64,000 nt of DNA from Coriobacteriia bacterium (GCA_013336165.1 JAAXUF010000008.1:4538-68537); one strand, 5' to 3'; counted from the first letter of the stretch, positions 1 to 10,021 are shown. The notes: generated from the sequence alone by a model not told the origin. Program-made: numbers and translations.

Positions 1-1
1 C

Positions 2-211
2 GTCACGATAGGCGGCATCTACGGCACCATCGTCGCCGTTGGCGATACCCGCATTCGCGTTCGTGTGGCGGACGGTTCCGAGCTCGAGATCGCCAAGCGT
101 GCCATCGGCTCGGTGGTACCTGCCGAGAAGACCGAGAACATCGCAGCCGAGCCCTTGGTCGCGGACTCCGACGACGAAGCTGCTGAGGACAAAGACGCAC
201 CGAATGCCTGA
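2..211 (+). CDS. yajC: Preprotein translocase subunit YajC, C-terminal fragment (5' end cut by window edge)
   Basis: Frame 2 is open from the window edge to TGA at 209-211. It translates as VTIGGIYGTIVAVGDTRIRVRVADGSELEIAKRAIGSVV followed by an acidic tail, which is the typical YajC C-terminal pattern. It lies upstream of secD/secF, as in the usual yajC-secDF arrangement. Confidence 0.7.
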   Translation, partial: VTIGGIYGTIVAVGDTRIRVRVADGSELEIAKRAIGSVVPAEKTENIAAEPLVADSDDEAAEDKDAPNA

Positions 212-905
212 TCTGCAGAATCCGCAGGATTCCGGCACCCTGCCGATTGTCACGCTTGAAGTCGTCCAGAAGGACGCAGAACTTCTGGCGTACATGCAGA
301 TGGGCGACGACTACCTCGGCGCCATCGGCTATACGGAGCATGGCATGCGTCACGCCGGTCTCACGGCGCACATCGCCGGCAACATACTGCGGCGCCTAGG
401 TTACGACGACCGGGTGGCCGAGGTGGCCTCGATCGCGGGTTTCATGCACGACATCGGCAACTGTGTGTCGCGATCGAACCACTGGATATCCTCGGCGATG
501 ATCGCTCGAGCAGCCCTGACACGGCTTGGTATGGACTATGCTGAGATCGCGACCGTTATGAACGCGGTTGGTAATCACGAGGAGGACGCATCGGATCCTT
601 CGACTGCGGCAGCTGCGGCGTGCGTCATCGCCGATAAGGCCGACGTGCACCAGACACGCGTGCGCAACGCCGACCCGGCAACGTACGACATTCACGACCG
701 AGTCAATCACGCGGCCAAGCGAAGCTTCCTTCGTGTCGACTCGCCCAGCCGCGTGCTTACTCTCGAGGTCGAGATCGATACCACAGAGATACAGATCATC
801 GACTATTTCCAGATCTTCCTGGAACGCATGCAGCTGTGCCGCAGGGCGGCTCAGGTCATCGACTCCGAGTTTTCGCTGGTGATCAACGGTACTAGGCTCG
901 TCTAG
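204..905 (+). CDS. HD-domain metal-dependent phosphohydrolase, substrate unknown
   Basis: ORF-track entry 39..905 trimmed to ATG 204, which overlaps the yajC stop. 'GYTEHGMRHAG' and 'GFMHDIGN' form the H...HD signature of the HD superfamily. Confidence 0.75.
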   Translation: MPDLQNPQDSGTLPIVTLEVVQKDAELLAYMQMGDDYLGAIGYTEHGMRHAGLTAHIAGNILRRLGYDDRVAEVASIAGFMHDIGNCVSRSNHWISSAMIARAALTRLGMDYAEIATVMNAVGNHEEDASDPSTAAAAACVIADKADVHQTRVRNADPATYDIHDRVNHAAKRSFLRVDSPSRVLTLEVEIDTTEIQIIDYFQIFLERMQLCRRAAQVIDSEFSLVINGTRLV

Positions 906-947
906 ACTGCTTTTTTGACGACGTACGAAGCAAGGAAGGTAGGGGGA

Positions 948-2327
948 ATGAACCCGAGACAGCGCAACTATCTGTTGCTCGCGCTCGCCGCAATGCTGGT
1001 GATCGGGTCGTGGGTGCTGTTTATGCCTCCCGCGACCAAGATCACGCAAGGCCTCGACATCAAGGGTGGGCTGTCGGTAATTCTGAAGGCCACTCCCTCC
1101 CAGGGACAGACGTTGACCAACGCTGACATGGATCGCGCGATCGCGATCATCCAGAACCGGGTCAACAAGCTGGGCGCCTCGGAGGCGAGCATTCAGAAGC
1201 AGGGGAGCGACTCGATTCTGGTTCAGATGCCGGGTGTGAAGAACTCCACCACGGCTCTTCAGATCATCGGCGAGACCGGACGTCTGGAGTTCGTGGATGT
1301 CTCTTCGCTTCCGACAGCCACGCAGGCCGCCATTGCCGCATGGGTCGGCGTGGGCGCGCCGAGGGACAGCGCACCAGAGCTACCGGCTGGGTTGGCCTAC
1401 ACGCCGGTTCTTACGGGCGACGTCATCACGAATGCCACAGCCGGTCAGAACTCTCAGAACACCGGCCAGCTCTCCGTCACGCTGTCGATGAACTCGGCTG
1501 GTATGGAGAAATGGGGAGCCTATACGACCGCCAACATCGGAAAGCAAGTCGCCATCGTGTTGGACGGGGTCGTGCAGTCGGCACCTCAGATACAGAGCGC
1601 GATCGTCAGCGGCAACACGGAGATCACCGGTTCATTCACAGTTGACGAGGCTAAGTACCTCGCTACGGTGCTGCAGACGGGGTCGTTGCCGGTCAAGCTC
1701 GAGCCCGTGGATACCCGGGCTGTCGGGGCGACCTTGGGCCAGGACTCGCTTCGCCAAGGCGTCATCGCCGCGCTCGTGGGCCTGCTCATCGTGGCGGTGT
1801 ACCTGCTGATCTTCTACCGCGGCATGGGTGCCGTATCGGTGCTGGGACTTCTTGTGTTCGCCTCGATGTTCCTCGGGCTGCTTGCAGCGATGTCCGCATT
1901 CAATCTCTTTGCGCTGTCACTGCCGGGTATCGCGGGTATCGTGTTGACGATCGGTCTTGCGGCCGACTCGTCGATTCTCATCAACGAGCGGTTCAGGGAA
2001 GAGATTTCGATGGGCAAGACGTACCGGTCGGCGGCGCTGTCGAGCACGCGTCACGCGATCGGAACCAGTGTTGACGCCGACTTGGTGACCTTCGTCTCGG
2101 CTCTTGCGCTCTTCGCGATTGCGATCGGACCCGTTCGGGGTTTCGCGCTCACACTGATGCTGGGAATTGCCTGCGACATCATCATGATGGTGATCTTCAG
2201 CCGTCCTCTGATCATCCTGCTTGCCGAGGGAGCACTGCGAAAGGCGCCTGCGTTCTGGGGGATTCCGAAGGAGACAACTCAGACTCGAGTCGGGGCTTCC
2301 GGAAAGCGAGGTGGTTCCGGTGCCTAA
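948..2327 (+). CDS. secD: Protein translocase subunit SecD
   Basis: ORF 915..2327 trimmed to ATG 948, which follows the RBS-like 'aaggaaggtaggggg'. It has an N-terminal TM segment, then 'LDIKGGLSV', a periplasmic-type domain, and the C-terminal six-TM block 'ALSLPGIAGIVLTIGLAADSSILINER' typical of SecD. Confidence 0.95.
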   Translation: MNPRQRNYLLLALAAMLVIGSWVLFMPPATKITQGLDIKGGLSVILKATPSQGQTLTNADMDRAIAIIQNRVNKLGASEASIQKQGSDSILVQMPGVKNSTTALQIIGETGRLEFVDVSSLPTATQAAIAAWVGVGAPRDSAPELPAGLAYTPVLTGDVITNATAGQNSQNTGQLSVTLSMNSAGMEKWGAYTTANIGKQVAIVLDGVVQSAPQIQSAIVSGNTEITGSFTVDEAKYLATVLQTGSLPVKLEPVDTRAVGATLGQDSLRQGVIAALVGLLIVAVYLLIFYRGMGAVSVLGLLVFASMFLGLLAAMSAFNLFALSLPGIAGIVLTIGLAADSSILINERFREEISMGKTYRSAALSSTRHAIGTSVDADLVTFVSALALFAIAIGPVRGFALTLMLGIACDIIMMVIFSRPLIILLAEGALRKAPAFWGIPKETTQTRVGASGKRGGSGA

Positions 2328-3231
2328 GTTCCACATTGATTTTCTGGGTAAGCGGCGGATCATGTACGGCGTTTCGATTGTCCTGATCATCGTGTCTATC
2401 GGGGCGCTCTCGCTTCGTGGGCTGAAGTTCGGTGTCGAGTTCCAGGGAGGTACCGTTGTCAGTGTTTCCAACTCCGGGGACGTCTCGACGGAACAGATGC
2501 GCCAGGCCTTCGAAGGCGTCGGCGTGAGTAATCCCGAGGTTCAGACGAGCACCGTTGGCGGAGTCAAAGGCTTCATCGTCAGAACCGCCGAGACCGACAA
2601 CGTGAAGGCGTCTCAGGACGCATCGAAGGTGGCCGAGGTCACGAAGCTCTCCGGCAACGACTTCCAGGTCACGACGATCGGTCCCGGTTGGGGGGCCAGC
2701 GTCACCAGCAAGGCGCTCTTGGCGCTCGCGGTCTCGATCATGGCGATTCTGCTCTACGTGGCGCTTAGATTCGAATACAAGATGTCGGTCACTGCGGTAT
2801 TGGCACTCGCGCATGACATTCTCATCACGCTGGGCATCTATGCCCTTGTGGGGCTAGAAGTATCACCGAACACCATTGCGGCACTTCTCACGATTCTGGG
2901 TTACTCGCTCTACGATACGATCGTCGTGTTCCACCGGATCAAAGAGAACTCGCACGGTCTGGTCAAAGAGTCCTTCATGAGTATGGCGAACAGGTCGATC
3001 AACCAAGTATTCATGCGCTCGATCAATACCACCGTAACGTCGCTGATACCGGTCGTCGTGCTCTTGCTCTTCGGCGGAGCCACGCTGAAGGACTTCGCTT
3101 TCGCGCTCACAATCGGGCTCTTCGCCGGCGCCTATTCCTCGATCGGCATTGCTGCCCCGATCTACGTGGTATGGAAAGAGCGGGAACCGAAGTTCGCGGC
3201 CTTGGCGAAGAAATACCTGAAGACTTCGTAG
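2320..3231 (+). CDS. secF: Protein translocase subunit SecF
   Basis: ORF 2221..3231 trimmed to GTG 2320, which overlaps the secD stop. 'FHIDFLGKRR' and 'LKFGVEFQGGT', plus the C-terminal TM bundle 'TILGYSLYDTIVVFHRIKEN', are typical of SecF. Confidence 0.95.
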   Translation: MPKFHIDFLGKRRIMYGVSIVLIIVSIGALSLRGLKFGVEFQGGTVVSVSNSGDVSTEQMRQAFEGVGVSNPEVQTSTVGGVKGFIVRTAETDNVKASQDASKVAEVTKLSGNDFQVTTIGPGWGASVTSKALLALAVSIMAILLYVALRFEYKMSVTAVLALAHDILITLGIYALVGLEVSPNTIAALLTILGYSLYDTIVVFHRIKENSHGLVKESFMSMANRSINQVFMRSINTTVTSLIPVVVLLLFGGATLKDFAFALTIGLFAGAYSSIGIAAPIYVVWKEREPKFAALAKKYLKTS

Positions 3232-3321
3232 CCGCCGCTCGTGTTGCCAAACGATACGAACCGACCGGGACCGGCATTCACGTCTATCGTGTGTGTCGGT
3301 CCCGTCCGCTAGGATGGACAT

Positions 3322-6300
3322 ATGATGGAATCCTGTCCGCAGATGCCGTGGTTCGTCACGTCCGTTGACGCGGACGTGGTTGACGCTCTCTCGGCGCAAA
3401 CGGGGCTTTCGGCGGTGACCGCTCGAGTGCTCGCTTCGCGCGGTATTTCGACGAAGGAAGAGGCTCGGCGTTTCCTTTCGCCCGATCTGGCGCGCGATTG
3501 GGCCGACCCTGAGGTGATCCCCGGTATGACCGAGGTCGCCGATCGGGTGGCGGCTGCCGTCCGTGCGGGGGAGCATATCGTCGTGTTCGGCGACTTCGAC
3601 CTGGACGGCGTTTCGGCGTCGGCGGTAGCAGCTCGCGGGTTGCGCGCGATGGGTGCTGCTGTGAGCGCGATCGTTCCGCATCGGTTCCGCGAAGGATACG
3701 GCCTCTCGGAGGGGGCGATTGAACGGCTTGTGAGTCTGAGGCCGTCCCTCGTGGTCACCGTTGACTGCGGTATCTCCTCGGCGGCGGAGGTCGCCGTGCT
3801 TGCCCGACACGGCATCGACGTGGTTATCACCGATCACCACGAGCCCGGCACCGGTATCCCGCTCGACGTGCCGGTAGCCGATCCGCGCATCGACGCCGCC
3901 GGTTGTCCGTCGCGCGATCTGGCCGGCGCTGGCGTGGCGCTTAAGCTCGTGCAGGCGGTTGGAGCGCGTCTCGGCTTTCCCGACGTGTGGCGCGAACTCG
4001 CCGACCTCGCAACACTCGGCACCGTGGCAGACGTCGTCCCCCTTCTCGCCGAGAACCGCGCGCTCGTGGCTGATGGCGTGGAGCGTATGCGTCGTGATCC
4101 GCGTGTCGCGATCGCCGCTCTTGCCGCCGTGAGCGGTGTGTCGCTGGAGGCGTTCTCGGCGGAAGCCGTGGGGTTCTCGCTCGCGCCGCGGCTCAACGCT
4201 GCCGGTCGCATGGCCGACCCGCAGCTGGCGCTCGATCTGCTGATGACGGACGATCCGGGGCGCGCGGAAGATCTCTCGCGCGAACTCGACGAGCTGAACC
4301 GCCTGCGCCAGAACACCGAAGCCGACCTTGCGGCGGCTGCGACCGCGCTGGCCGAGCGGACCTACCGCGGCGAGCGCGCGCTCGTTTTAGCGGGCGAGGG
4401 TTGGCACGAAGGCGTCAAAGGCATCGTCGCCTCGCGACTTACGGCTCTCTATCACGTGCCCACGTTGTTGCTGACCGTTGCCGATGGCGAGGCGCGAGGA
4501 AGTGGGCGCACCATCGGGCACGTCGATCTGTTCGCTGCGCTGACTTCGTGCGCCGACATTCTCACGCGTTTCGGCGGACACGCCGCGGCCGTGGGCTGCA
4601 CCTTGTCGGCGGAAGACGTCGACGAGCTGCGTCGGCGCTTGGTAGCCCACTTTGACACGCTGCCAGCTTCACAGTTCGAAACCTCGATGCACGCAGACGC
4701 CGAGATGGAGCTTGGCGACGTGAGTGTTGAGCTCGCGGCGGAGTTTGATTTGCTCGCCCCATTCGGACATGCAAACCCGGTCCCGCTCATGGTGAGCCGC
4801 GGGGTCTTCATGAACGGCCGCCAGCGTGTGGGAAAGCTTGGCAACCACCTCAGGTTCACCGCCTTCGACGGTGCAGTGAGCGTGCCCGCAATCTCATTTC
4901 GATGTGCCGAGATCGACGATCTCGTCGACCAAGACGGTGCGGTCGACTTGGCGTATGAGATAACCGCCGATCAGTGGCGAGGCCGAAACCGTGTGCAGCT
5001 TCGCGTTCGCGATTTCGTCGTTCACGATGTCCCGGCGGATGCCCCGGCTCGCGAGCTGGTGGAGAGCCTCTTCGCGCAGGCCGATGCGATCCTGGCTCGC
5101 GAGGAGTACGCGAACATCGAGGACGCGGACGCCTTTCACACGAAACTTGCGGGGGTGACCTTCGAAGGCAGGCAGGATGTTCTCGGCCGGGTCGTGCCGG
5201 GGATCCCCCTGCGTCTCGTGCGTCAACCCGAAAATCAGTTTGACTCGAATGCTTGTGCGCTTTTTGATCCACATGGCGATCAAGTCGGGTTCCTCAACCG
5301 TCGGCTTGCCGCCGCATTGGCGGCCACAATCGACAAGGGTGTCGGCTACGACGTCGAGGTCACGGAAGTCACCGGTGGCGAGGAAGGCCGCTCGTTGGGA
5401 GTCAACGTGCTCGTCTCGCGCCGCGGGGCTGGCGGCGGGGCTGATGGTGAGGATGCCGTCGCCCAGAGGGCGTCACGCCGTGTGGAGCTGGCTGCGCTTC
5501 CTGCAGACGCTCTGGACCGGGAGCTCACAGAGCGCTTCATCGGCAATCGTAGTCTGCATGAGGCGCAGGTTCGCGCGCTTGCGCATTTGGCCGCCGGCGA
5601 GAACACGCTCGCGGTGATGGCGACAGGTCGCGGCAAGTCGCTGATCTTCCACCTCCACGCGGCGCGAACCGCGCTGCGCGATGGGCGCGCGAGCATCTTC
5701 ATCTTTCCGCTGCGCGCACTGGTCGCCGATCAGGCGTACCACCTCGAAGAAGTGTTCGCCGAGGTCGGCCTCGTCGTCCGCACGGTGACCGGCGAGAGTT
5801 CGCAGGGCGAGCGCGACGAGGCGTTCTCGGCGCTGGCCGAAGGCAGTCTCAACGTTGTGCTCACGACACCGGAGTTCCTGGACCTGTATGCGGGGAGATT
5901 CGCCCAAGGCGGGCGTGTCGGCTTCGTGGTCGTCGACGAGGCGCATCACGTCGGCATGTCGCGTGCAGGGAACCGGCCGGCGTACGCGCGGCTCGGTCTT
6001 GCGCTGGAGACGCTCGGGAGCCCGGTGGTGCTTGCGGTCACGGCAACCGCCGATGACGCGACTGCCACCGCAATCCGCTCCACACTGCACATTACCGCGA
6101 CCGTGCTGGACCCGACGGTGCGCGACAACCTCGTGATCGAGGATCGCCGCGGTATCGCCGACAAGGATGGTTACCTTCTGGTGCTCGCGGCTAGGCCCGA
6201 GAAGAGTGTCATCTACGTGAACTCACGCGATCAGTCGGTCAAGCTCGCACGCATGCTGCGCAAACGGGTGCCAAGCGTGGCGATGCGCACGGCGTTCTAC

Positions 6301-6954
6301 AATGGCGGCCTCGCGCGATCGGTGCGCCACGCCGTCGAGCACGCGTTTCGCGCGGGCGAGGTGTCGCTGGTGATCGCGACCAGCGCGTTCGGCGAGGGCG
6401 TCAACATCCCCGATATCCGAAACGTTGTCTTGTACCACCTGCCGTTCAATAGTGTTGAGTTCAACCAGATGTCGGGCCGCGCCGGGCGCGACGGCGCCGT
6501 CGCGCGCGTGCACCTGCTGTTCGGTCAGAAGGATGCGCGCATCAACGAGACCATCCTGTCCTCCTTGGCTCCGGCGCGCGATGACATGGTGGCGCTGTAT
6601 GTGGTTCTGCGCGATCTGGGCGCTGCCGAGGGTGCCGGCTTCGAGATTACCAATGCTGAGCTTGCCGAGCGCTGTCGGAAGACGCGCAAGGGCTTTGCGC
6701 TCGATGAGGGAGGTATTTCCTCGGCGCTGGGGATCTTCCGCGAGCTCGGGTTCGTGACCGGTGAGGGGCATGGGGCCTATCGGCGGCTCACGTTCGTGCC
6801 CGGCACGGCAAAGGTCGACCTCGAGTCGAGCGTCAGATATGCCGAGGGAAAGGACGAGGTCGAAGAGTTCGGCAACTTCAAGGCGTGGGTGCTTGGAGCA
6901 CAGGCCGATGAGCTGCTCGCACGCTTCAACCGGCCGATCCTGCCGAGAGAGTAG
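3322..6954 (+). CDS. recJ: Three-part fusion protein: RecJ 5'-3' ssDNA exonuclease + HIRAN domain + RecQ-family SF2 helicase
   Basis: One uninterrupted 1210-codon ORF.
- aa 1-~568: RecJ DHH/DHHA1 motifs 'DFDLDG', 'DCG', 'DHH', 'GGH', and the OB-like C-terminal end 'ADQWRGRNRVQLRVRD'.
- aa ~605-700: 'KLAGVTFEGRQ...LRLVRQPENQFDSNACALF...VGFL', which is HIRAN-like.
- aa ~740-1075: RecQ-like motifs 'ATGRGKSLIF', 'FPLRALVADQ', 'VVVDEAHHV', 'VTATADDAT', 'ATSAFGEGVNIPDIRNVV', 'QMSGRAGRDG'. Confidence 0.9.
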   Translation: MMESCPQMPWFVTSVDADVVDALSAQTGLSAVTARVLASRGISTKEEARRFLSPDLARDWADPEVIPGMTEVADRVAAAVRAGEHIVVFGDFDLDGVSASAVAARGLRAMGAAVSAIVPHRFREGYGLSEGAIERLVSLRPSLVVTVDCGISSAAEVAVLARHGIDVVITDHHEPGTGIPLDVPVADPRIDAAGCPSRDLAGAGVALKLVQAVGARLGFPDVWRELADLATLGTVADVVPLLAENRALVADGVERMRRDPRVAIAALAAVSGVSLEAFSAEAVGFSLAPRLNAAGRMADPQLALDLLMTDDPGRAEDLSRELDELNRLRQNTEADLAAAATALAERTYRGERALVLAGEGWHEGVKGIVASRLTALYHVPTLLLTVADGEARGSGRTIGHVDLFAALTSCADILTRFGGHAAAVGCTLSAEDVDELRRRLVAHFDTLPASQFETSMHADAEMELGDVSVELAAEFDLLAPFGHANPVPLMVSRGVFMNGRQRVGKLGNHLRFTAFDGAVSVPAISFRCAEIDDLVDQDGAVDLAYEITADQWRGRNRVQLRVRDFVVHDVPADAPARELVESLFAQADAILAREEYANIEDADAFHTKLAGVTFEGRQDVLGRVVPGIPLRLVRQPENQFDSNACALFDPHGDQVGFLNRRLAAALAATIDKGVGYDVEVTEVTGGEEGRSLGVNVLVSRRGAGGGADGEDAVAQRASRRVELAALPADALDRELTERFIGNRSLHEAQVRALAHLAAGENTLAVMATGRGKSLIFHLHAARTALRDGRASIFIFPLRALVADQAYHLEEVFAEVGLVVRTVTGESSQGERDEAFSALAEGSLNVVLTTPEFLDLYAGRFAQGGRVGFVVVDEAHHVGMSRAGNRPAYARLGLALETLGSPVVLAVTATADDATATAIRSTLHITATVLDPTVRDNLVIEDRRGIADKDGYLLVLAARPEKSVIYVNSRDQSVKLARMLRKRVPSVAMRTAFYNGGLARSVRHAVEHAFRAGEVSLVIATSAFGEGVNIPDIRNVVLYHLPFNSVEFNQMSGRAGRDGAVARVHLLFGQKDARINETILSSLAPARDDMVALYVVLRDLGAAEGAGFEITNAELAERCRKTRKGFALDEGGISSALGIFRELGFVTGEGHGAYRRLTFVPGTAKVDLESSVRYAEGKDEVEEFGNFKAWVLGAQADELLARFNRPILPRE

Positions 6955-7061
6955 ACGTGCGTCGGTATCCTTGATGCTGTACTCGAGTCTGTGGGCACGT
7001 ACAATACGATGATGAGCCAGCGCCTTTAAGGCGAACGGGATGCGTTTCTCGAAAGGATCCG

Positions 7062-9284
7062 ATGTCGGCAACGCTCGAACAGATTGAGACAAAGGTCAAG
7101 GCATACAACCCTGCCGCAGACCTCACAGGGCTGGACAAGGCGTTTGCCTTCGCTACGCGAGCTCATGAAGGTCAGAGCCGCAAGAGCGGTGAACCTTTCA
7201 TCGGACATCCCCTCGAAGTCACGCTTGTTCTCGCCGAGCTGCATATGGACACGACCACGCTCGTAGCTTCGCTTCTGCATGATGTCGTTGAGGACTCTGA
7301 CGTTACACTCGAGGCAGTCCGCGACGAGTTTGGCAACGAAGTCGCAGAGCTCGTCGACGGCGTCACGAAGTTGGGCCGAATCGAGTTCGAATCGCTTTCC
7401 GAGGCGCAGAGCAACAACCTGCGCAAGATGCTCATAGCGATGGCGAAGGACATCCGCGTCATCATCATCAAGCTCGCTGACCGGCTGCACAACATGCGAA
7501 CCCTAGCGGCGCTGCCCGAGGACCGCCGCATCGAGAAGGCGCGCGAGACCATCGAGATCTACGCGCCGCTCGCACACAGGCTCGGGATATCGAGTATCAA
7601 GTGGGAGCTTGAGGATCTCGCGTTCTACTACCTTGAGCCGCACAAGTTCCACCAGGTTTCGCGAATGGTGGCCGAGAGCCGCAAGGCCCGCGAGGACTAC
7701 ACGATCAAGGTCATCGGCCAGCTGACGGAGGAACTTGCCGCGATCGGGATCAAGGCGAAGATATCGGGGCGGCCCAAGCATCTCTACAGCGTCTATCAGA
7801 AGATGAGCCAGAAGGGCCGTGACTTCAACGAGATCTACGACCTCATCGCCCTGCGCGTGATCGTCGACTCGGTCAAGGATGTCTACGGGGCTCTCGGCAC
7901 GGTTCACTCGATCTGGAAGCCGGTGCCCGGCCGCTTCAAAGACTACGTCGCGATGCCAAAATTCAACATGTACCAGTCCCTGCACACGACAGTCATAGGC
8001 CCGTCGGGCGCGCCGCTGGAGATACAGATCCGCTCGGAAGAGATGCACCGCATGGCCGAGTACGGCGTGGCGGCGCACTGGCGCTATAAGGAGGGCTCGC
8101 GAGGGGAGGACGCGTTCGATGAGCGTCTCGCATGGTTGCGTCAGATGCTCGAGTGGCAGACCGAGCTCAAAGACCCGCGCGAGTTCATGGAAGCTCTCAA
8201 GATCGACCTGTTCGAAGAGGAGGTCTTCGTCTTCACTCCTAAGGGCGACGTCATATCGCTCAAGCGCGGTTCAACCCCCATCGACTTCGCCTACATGATC
8301 CACACGGAGGTCGGGAACCATTGCGTGGGCGCGAAGGTCAACGGTTCGATCGTACCTCTCGGCTACGAACTGCAGATGGGCGACCGCGTCGACATCCTCA
8401 CCAACAAGAATGCCAACCCTTCGCGCGACTGGCTCAACATCGTCAAGACCTCCTCGGCGCGATCGAAGATACGCAACCACCTAGCCAAGGCCACTCGTGA
8501 AGACGATCTCGTCCGCGGGCGTGACGAGCTCGCAAAGGTGATGCGCAAGCACGGTCTGGGAATCGGCAGCAAGACCGCCGAGAAGGCCGCGGACGCCGTT
8601 GCGGTCGAGCTGAACTTCACGGCCGCAGAGGACGTGTTCGCAGGAATCGGCGCCGGCAAGGTTTCGGCGCAGATGGTCGCGACCAAGCTCCTCAAGCTCA
8701 TGGCCAAGGACGGTGAGGCCGAGAAGCCTGAGTCCAAGACGCCCGAGTTCACACTCGCCATGCCGATGACGCCGCCGCGCGGCAAGCGCACCAAACCTGC
8801 CGGCGGCGTGAAGGTCAAGGGCATCGACGACGTCCTTGTGCGCCTCGCGCGGTGCTGCACCCCGGTGCCCGGTGACGCGATCATCGGCTTCGTGACGCGC
8901 GGGCGCGGCCTGTCCGTCCACCGCCGCGACTGCCCCAACGCCGCCGAGCTCCTGAGCACGCCCGAGCGCATCATCGAAGTCGAATGGGACACCGGCACAT
9001 CGACGACCTTCCAGGTCGAGATATTCGTCGAGGCGATGGATCGGCTACGTCTCCTGCAGGACGTCACCTCGGCCCTCGCCGAGCAGGGCGTCAACATCCT
9101 CTCGTCATCTACCACCACGCACCGCGACGGAACGGTGGACATGCGCTATCTGTTCGAGATCGGCGACCTGTCACGGCTGGACTCCGTATTGGGAGAGGTG
9201 CGCCGCACGGAAGGCGTATTCGAGGCGCGACGCATGCAGCCCGGAGAGGCGAGCCAGCGTAAGCGGGGAGGAGACCACAGATGA
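7062..9284 (+). CDS. rel: Bifunctional (p)ppGpp synthetase/hydrolase (Rel/SpoT homologue)
   Basis: 740 aa. Contains the HD hydrolase motif 'GHPLEV...LLHDVVEDS', the synthetase region 'YSVYQKM...DLIALRVIV', TGS 'VFTPKGDVISL', and a C-terminal ACT-like region. Confidence 0.95.
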   Translation: MSATLEQIETKVKAYNPAADLTGLDKAFAFATRAHEGQSRKSGEPFIGHPLEVTLVLAELHMDTTTLVASLLHDVVEDSDVTLEAVRDEFGNEVAELVDGVTKLGRIEFESLSEAQSNNLRKMLIAMAKDIRVIIIKLADRLHNMRTLAALPEDRRIEKARETIEIYAPLAHRLGISSIKWELEDLAFYYLEPHKFHQVSRMVAESRKAREDYTIKVIGQLTEELAAIGIKAKISGRPKHLYSVYQKMSQKGRDFNEIYDLIALRVIVDSVKDVYGALGTVHSIWKPVPGRFKDYVAMPKFNMYQSLHTTVIGPSGAPLEIQIRSEEMHRMAEYGVAAHWRYKEGSRGEDAFDERLAWLRQMLEWQTELKDPREFMEALKIDLFEEEVFVFTPKGDVISLKRGSTPIDFAYMIHTEVGNHCVGAKVNGSIVPLGYELQMGDRVDILTNKNANPSRDWLNIVKTSSARSKIRNHLAKATREDDLVRGRDELAKVMRKHGLGIGSKTAEKAADAVAVELNFTAAEDVFAGIGAGKVSAQMVATKLLKLMAKDGEAEKPESKTPEFTLAMPMTPPRGKRTKPAGGVKVKGIDDVLVRLARCCTPVPGDAIIGFVTRGRGLSVHRRDCPNAAELLSTPERIIEVEWDTGTSTTFQVEIFVEAMDRLRLLQDVTSALAEQGVNILSSSTTTHRDGTVDMRYLFEIGDLSRLDSVLGEVRRTEGVFEARRMQPGEASQRKRGGDHR

Positions 9285-9919
9285 GAGTGGACCGCATCGT
9301 GCTCGGCCCGCTTGAGGCGAACTGTTGGGTTGTCTCCGACGACGCAGGCGGTCCTGCGTTAGTGATCGATCCGGCGGGGGACGCGGAGCGTGTACTCGAG
9401 GTACTCGACGGCCGTTCGGTAGCCGCAATCGTGCTCACGCACGGGCATTTCGACCACCTCGGCGGTGTCGAGGCGCTGATTGCGGCGACTGGCGCTGCGC
9501 TCATGGTGCATGAGCTCGATGCAGTGGACAGCATGTCGTCTCAGAAGAACCTGGCTACGATGCTCGGCTACCACTGTGTCGCCCCTGTCGCCGATAGACT
9601 CCTCTGTGAGGGGGACTCCATCGCTGCAGGTGAACTTCTGTTCACCGTGCTTCATACGCCAGGCCACACTCCTGGCGGGATTTGCCTCTTCGCCGAGGAT
9701 CCGGCAGGGGGTGCGCCGCAGCTGTTCTCGGGCGATACGCTGTTCGCCGGCAGCGTCGGGCGTAGCGACTTTGGGGGCGGTGACGGACGCGCGCTGTCGC
9801 ATTCGATCGCGGCGAAGCTTGCGCCGCTTCCTGGCGAGACGGTCGTGCATCCCGGTCACGGTCCGAACACCACCATCAGCCGCGAACGGCAGCTCAACCA
9901 GTTCTTCCCGAGGGCTTAG
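9281..9919 (+). CDS. MBL-fold metallo-hydrolase (glyoxalase II-like)
   Basis: 'LTHGHFDHLGG' is the HxHxDH metallo-beta-lactamase motif. The ATGA start overlaps the rel stop. Confidence 0.85.
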   Translation: MRVDRIVLGPLEANCWVVSDDAGGPALVIDPAGDAERVLEVLDGRSVAAIVLTHGHFDHLGGVEALIAATGAALMVHELDAVDSMSSQKNLATMLGYHCVAPVADRLLCEGDSIAAGELLFTVLHTPGHTPGGICLFAEDPAGGAPQLFSGDTLFAGSVGRSDFGGGDGRALSHSIAAKLAPLPGETVVHPGHGPNTTISRERQLNQFFPRA

Positions 9920-10021
9920 GCGTATCCCGAACTGGTGTCCCGCGGTTTCTGCCACGCCGTCCCATGCTATAGTCATCACCTGCAGATCCGCTTTTCGACG
10001 AGGGGTTCAAGAGAAACCGCC

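Noticed and set aside
2863-3840. A 325-aa minus-strand ORF spanning the secF end and recJ start
   Set aside because: It is antisense to two well-supported genes. The translation is Arg/His/Pro/Gly-rich with no recognisable motif. This is the typical long 'shadow' ORF caused by stop-codon scarcity in high-GC DNA.
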